DNA of 63,434 nt, the filler included, from an uncultured Rhodopirellula sp. (GTDB lineage: Bacteria; Planctomycetota; Planctomycetia; Pirellulales; Pirellulaceae): the NCBI GenBank assembly GCA_964007735.1. It is 4 parts of 4 records of this genome, joined end to end, with 100 filler letters (N's around TTAATTAATTAA, not from the genome) between each part and the next. Parts side by side here need not be neighbours in the genome. Positions count along the whole stretch, not along the records: positions 49,065 to 63,434 come from CAXGAI010000075.1; 3 more parts are not named here. One strand, given 5' to 3'. Below the pieces are notes generated by a model that saw only the letters and a program-made list of their open reading frames with translations, searched no databases and was not told the origin of the DNA. Of the stretch, positions 61,401 through 63,434 are shown in pieces. The position numbers and the translations under genes were made by a program. Position 1 is the stretch's first letter, and every line of letters starts with the position of its first letter.

Positions 61401-61934
61401 ATTTCAAAAAAGGGAGAAGGAGATGTATTCAGCGTACCACGCAATGGCGAAGATCCGTCTCACTTTGTGGAGCTAGAGCTTTCCGAGCCTATGCAAATTC
61501 CCGCCCGACGGACTCTGCTCGCCGTATTTAAGCACAGCGCTAAATTTAAACAACATACGATTGGTCGTTTTAGGGTATCGACTACCAATCAAGAATTGAT
61601 GCCACCACCGGTTGAAGTACCAGTGGTAGCTGAAATAGATATTGTGCCGGGTAAGGAAACTCAAGTTCGGTTAAGTGTTCAACGTCGAGGATTTGATGGT
61701 CGAATAGCGTTTGAGGTGTTTAATCTGCCACATGGTGTGATCGTTAATGATATCGGTCTTAACGGCGTATTGATTGTGGAGGGGCAGACAGAACGAACGG
61801 TGTTTTTAGCGGCAGAGGATTGGATTCCACAACAGAGTCGGCTCTTCTATGCTCAAGCAAATGTTGAAGGTAATCAATGTACGCTGCCCATGCGACTTAA
61901 CGTTGTAAGGCCTCAGCGAAATATCGAGAAATAA
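58500..61934 (+). CDS. planctomycete cytochrome c + WD40 repeats + PPC-like domains protein
   Basis: YCVACH..MPP..WISAGA. WD40 GHRDSVY and ATASGDRTVKLWD. EIEPND..LDSKIEILDAQG. Confidence 0.88.
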   Translation: MNKVVYAFLFAALGTNLFGQTEQGSAEPEFNAAIAPILTKYCVACHNAEDAEGGLSLETFNELMKGGKGGAILLPGRADLSRLVRVISGAAKPKMPPEGNEVPTASELEVLKNWISAGAKGPNGSVVKPMLITPKIELLGKARDPINSVAVSPDGSLLAIAQYGRVEIKRLEDGTQVALLDGLTGVVNGVSFSRDGSLVIAGSGETGLFGEVSLFRTADWSLVRKSRGHRDSVYAVQISPDNTLVASVGYDKRLIVWDLVDGSKRREVQGHNGPVYDLAFHPSGKMVATASGDRTVKLWDLGTGKRLETLKESQKELYCVAIAPDGKTLSAAGVDNRIRTWSLSNDFKEGTNVLLTSVYAHELAIVDIAYSADGRRLLSAGEDNLVKLWDTSLMANVASYKSESDWVSAVSPIVSHGFVAGRLDGSVDVYQTGAGQTGEVFNPQILDDFMPLVTYENVTPREEIPAIQEIEPNDSVADAQVISLPAKFQGKIFNSEMERSTVWIEDDLFGFDAVAGDQWIFEVNAGRNKSMLDSKIEILDAQGAPVPRVVLGSVRDSLIEFRSVSSDQKGFRFANYDETRLDEYLYVNGEVLKHFRQRRGPDSDSLFYPENGSRQGYFDTTPRSHPLGQVAYVVKPYPVGTVVPDNGLPVFTVNYENDDSSDRQQGSDSKLHFAAPADGRFFLRLSDVRDHHGDAFHYEVIARRPEPSYETSVSGGNPTVNRGGGKAFTVSANRIDGYNGPIEIQIANLPPGFTVTSPLVIQAGHTQVRGVVHAHAYARAPEGNQWGMITSKAMIAGQEVIKDGGLLGELKIADASKVVAHLTPITVEDRPVTEFWSRHDRKFQVLTPTDWLAEGKTELVKQEDQSLLATGETPDNDLYSVKYALHEGKINSIRLDVLGDETLPAGAPGRNPENGNFVLSELDLYLVDPANPAAKQKIQVASVFADFTQAGFKSEWIVDGNPDTAWAISKKGEGDVFSVPRNGEDPSHFVELELSEPMQIPARRTLLAVFKHSAKFKQHTIGRFRVSTTNQELMPPPVEVPVVAEIDIVPGKETQVRLSVQRRGFDGRIAFEVFNLPHGVIVNDIGLNGVLIVEGQTERTVFLAAEDWIPQQSRLFYAQANVEGNQCTLPMRLNVVRPQRNIEK

Positions 61935-61956
61935 AAATTCATAAGGGATATATCAT

Positions 61957-62823
61957 ATGTCAATCAAACGACGAATTTGTATGGGGCTTGTGTTGCTCTT
62001 TATTTTCGCTGCGATTAGTGAAGGTAGTAAAGCGAATGGGAAGGATGGTTCCGTAAATATCCTGTTTGTGACCCAGAGTGCAGGCTTTCGGCATGGTAGT
62101 GTCACGCGCAAGGAAGGGAATCTTTCAGTTGCCGAGCGAGTCATGACAGAACTTGGGATTGCTAGTAATGAATTTCGAGTGGATTGCACGCAGGATGTTA
62201 CAAAAGACTTCACAAAAGAAAAACTTGAGCATTACGATATCGTAATGTTTTACACCACTGGCAAGCTCCCGATAACTGAAGAGAATCTTGATTACTTTTT
62301 TAATGTGTGGCTCAAGCAAAAGGGGCATGGGTTTATCGGTACGCACTCAGCCGCAGACACGTTTAAAGATTATGAGCCTTATTGGGACATGATTGGTGGC
62401 TCCTTCAATGGTCACCCCTGGGGTAGCGGGTCAACCGTCACGATTACCAATCACGAGCCCAAACACCCCATCGTTGAGGCCTGGGGTAAGGAAGTCACTC
62501 TGAAAGACGAGATTTACCAGTTTAAGAATTGGCAGCCTAAAAAAGTTCGAGTGCTGATGAGTCTGAATATGGAGAAAACGTCTTTAAAGAAGCCCTATCA
62601 TATCCCGATTTGCTGGTGTAAGAGCTACGGGCAGGGAAAAGTATTTCATATGAGCCTTGGGCATCGAGAAGATATCTGGACAAGCCCAACCTTTCAGAAA
62701 TCGATCCTGGGAGGTATTCGCTGGATTGTTGGCAAAGAAAAGGGTGACTCAAAACCTAATCCGGAATTATCTGAGGCCCAAGAGAAGCTGGCCAAGGATG
62801 TTTTCGAAGCTGCTCAAAAGTAA
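61957..62823 (+). CDS. ThuA domain (class I glutamine amidotransferase-like) protein
   Basis: SAGFRHGS, YTTG, GFIGTHSAADT, IGGSFNGHP, DEIY, YGQGKVFHMSLGH. Confidence 0.88.
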   Translation: MSIKRRICMGLVLLFIFAAISEGSKANGKDGSVNILFVTQSAGFRHGSVTRKEGNLSVAERVMTELGIASNEFRVDCTQDVTKDFTKEKLEHYDIVMFYTTGKLPITEENLDYFFNVWLKQKGHGFIGTHSAADTFKDYEPYWDMIGGSFNGHPWGSGSTVTITNHEPKHPIVEAWGKEVTLKDEIYQFKNWQPKKVRVLMSLNMEKTSLKKPYHIPICWCKSYGQGKVFHMSLGHREDIWTSPTFQKSILGGIRWIVGKEKGDSKPNPELSEAQEKLAKDVFEAAQK

Positions 62824-62844
62824 CGAGGGCCTGAGCGTCTGGTA

Positions 62845-63432
62845 CTAATCGTCCTTAAATACGGGCTCCAATAAACGCCCCCAAATCTTTTTGAGAGTTT
62901 CACTATCACGTGTGATATATCTTATGTCATGCGATTTACCGGCTGCTGCAGAGACATTGATCTCTTCCACGGGGACGCCAAACGTTGCGAGGTTAGCATG
63001 GCTGTACAGTCCCTTATATCCAGTTGCTTCAGGACGCAGTTTCCCTTTGGGGTAGAGTTTTGGATATCGTTTGAGAAGAGGGTCGGTGCTGTTGTAGACA
63101 TTCAAGAATCGGCTCGTGCTCTTGAGAGCCTCACCAAAATGTTGTCCGGGCTCTAACCAATCCCGATTGATCGCACCGGCCACAATTAGGTAGGCAACTC
63201 TATTGCTGGAAATTGATTGGATGGGTGGGGTGAATTCGGATTTACCTCCTGCAAGAAGATGCAGGGCACAGCTTGCAACGCGAGCTCCCATGCTATAGCC
63301 TACTACGACAGTATCATTTTTAGACCGGCATTGATCAATCACATGGCCGAGATAGAAACCTTGTGGCTGGGAACGCATAGCCTGATCGCGGAATTCTTTA
63401 ACTAAACCGGTAACCTGCCAATCGGCGGGCCA
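62845..63432 (-). CDS. alpha/beta hydrolase (DUF900-like), 5'-partial
   Basis: GYSMG nucleophile elbow, YNSTDPLL, SH. Frame is open to the window end (WPADWQ...). Confidence 0.75.
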   Translation of the reverse strand, partial: WPADWQVTGLVKEFRDQAMRSQPQGFYLGHVIDQCRSKNDTVVVGYSMGARVASCALHLLAGGKSEFTPPIQSISSNRVAYLIVAGAINRDWLEPGQHFGEALKSTSRFLNVYNSTDPLLKRYPKLYPKGKLRPEATGYKGLYSHANLATFGVPVEEINVSAAAGKSHDIRYITRDSETLKKIWGRLLEPVFKDD

Positions 63433-63434
63433 GG

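Overview
The window is four assembly contigs joined by 100-nt N/TTAATTAATTAA/N linkers: 1-17556, 17657-33731, 33832-48964 and 49065-63434. Gene content points to a planctomycete, probably Pirellulales-like: DUF1501, DUF1549/1553, planctomycete cytochrome c, DUF1570, a short 5S rRNA and a 23S-5S unit with no adjacent 16S. Contig 1 holds a ~15-kb co-directional envelope locus (HEAT protein, TonB-like protein, ExbB, two ExbD, two paralogous TPR/beta-propeller membrane proteins, an orphan family-5 solute-binding protein, a secreted protein and a Ser/Thr kinase), then maf, an RluA-family gene, 5S and the 3' part of 23S. Contig 2 opens with a very AT-rich foreign fragment (gyrA 3' end, yggS, degenerate PNP). 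It continues with a heme/sugar-dehydrogenase-like protein, a creatininase-family gene, aspC, an RND pump, and a two-gene unit: a single-chain E1alpha-E1beta-lipoyl-FabH fusion followed by a tandem-domain BMC shell protein. Contig 3 has the 5' part of 23S (55-nt overlap with contig 1), tRNA-Ile/tRNA-Ala, an SxxS thioredoxin-TPR protein, a BON protein, a second ExbBD locus with a TonB-like (alpha/alpha)-barrel protein, two tatA-like genes, a beta-barrel and an RTX/dockerin protein. Contig 4 has DUF1570, sufE, a thioredoxin and a DUF1501-DUF1549/1553-cytochrome c/WD40-ThuA operon. The best candidates for undescribed systems are the E1-lipoyl-KAS III fusion with its BMC partner, and the ExbBD-powered envelope loci. 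All family assignments come from motif recognition by eye; no database searches were run.
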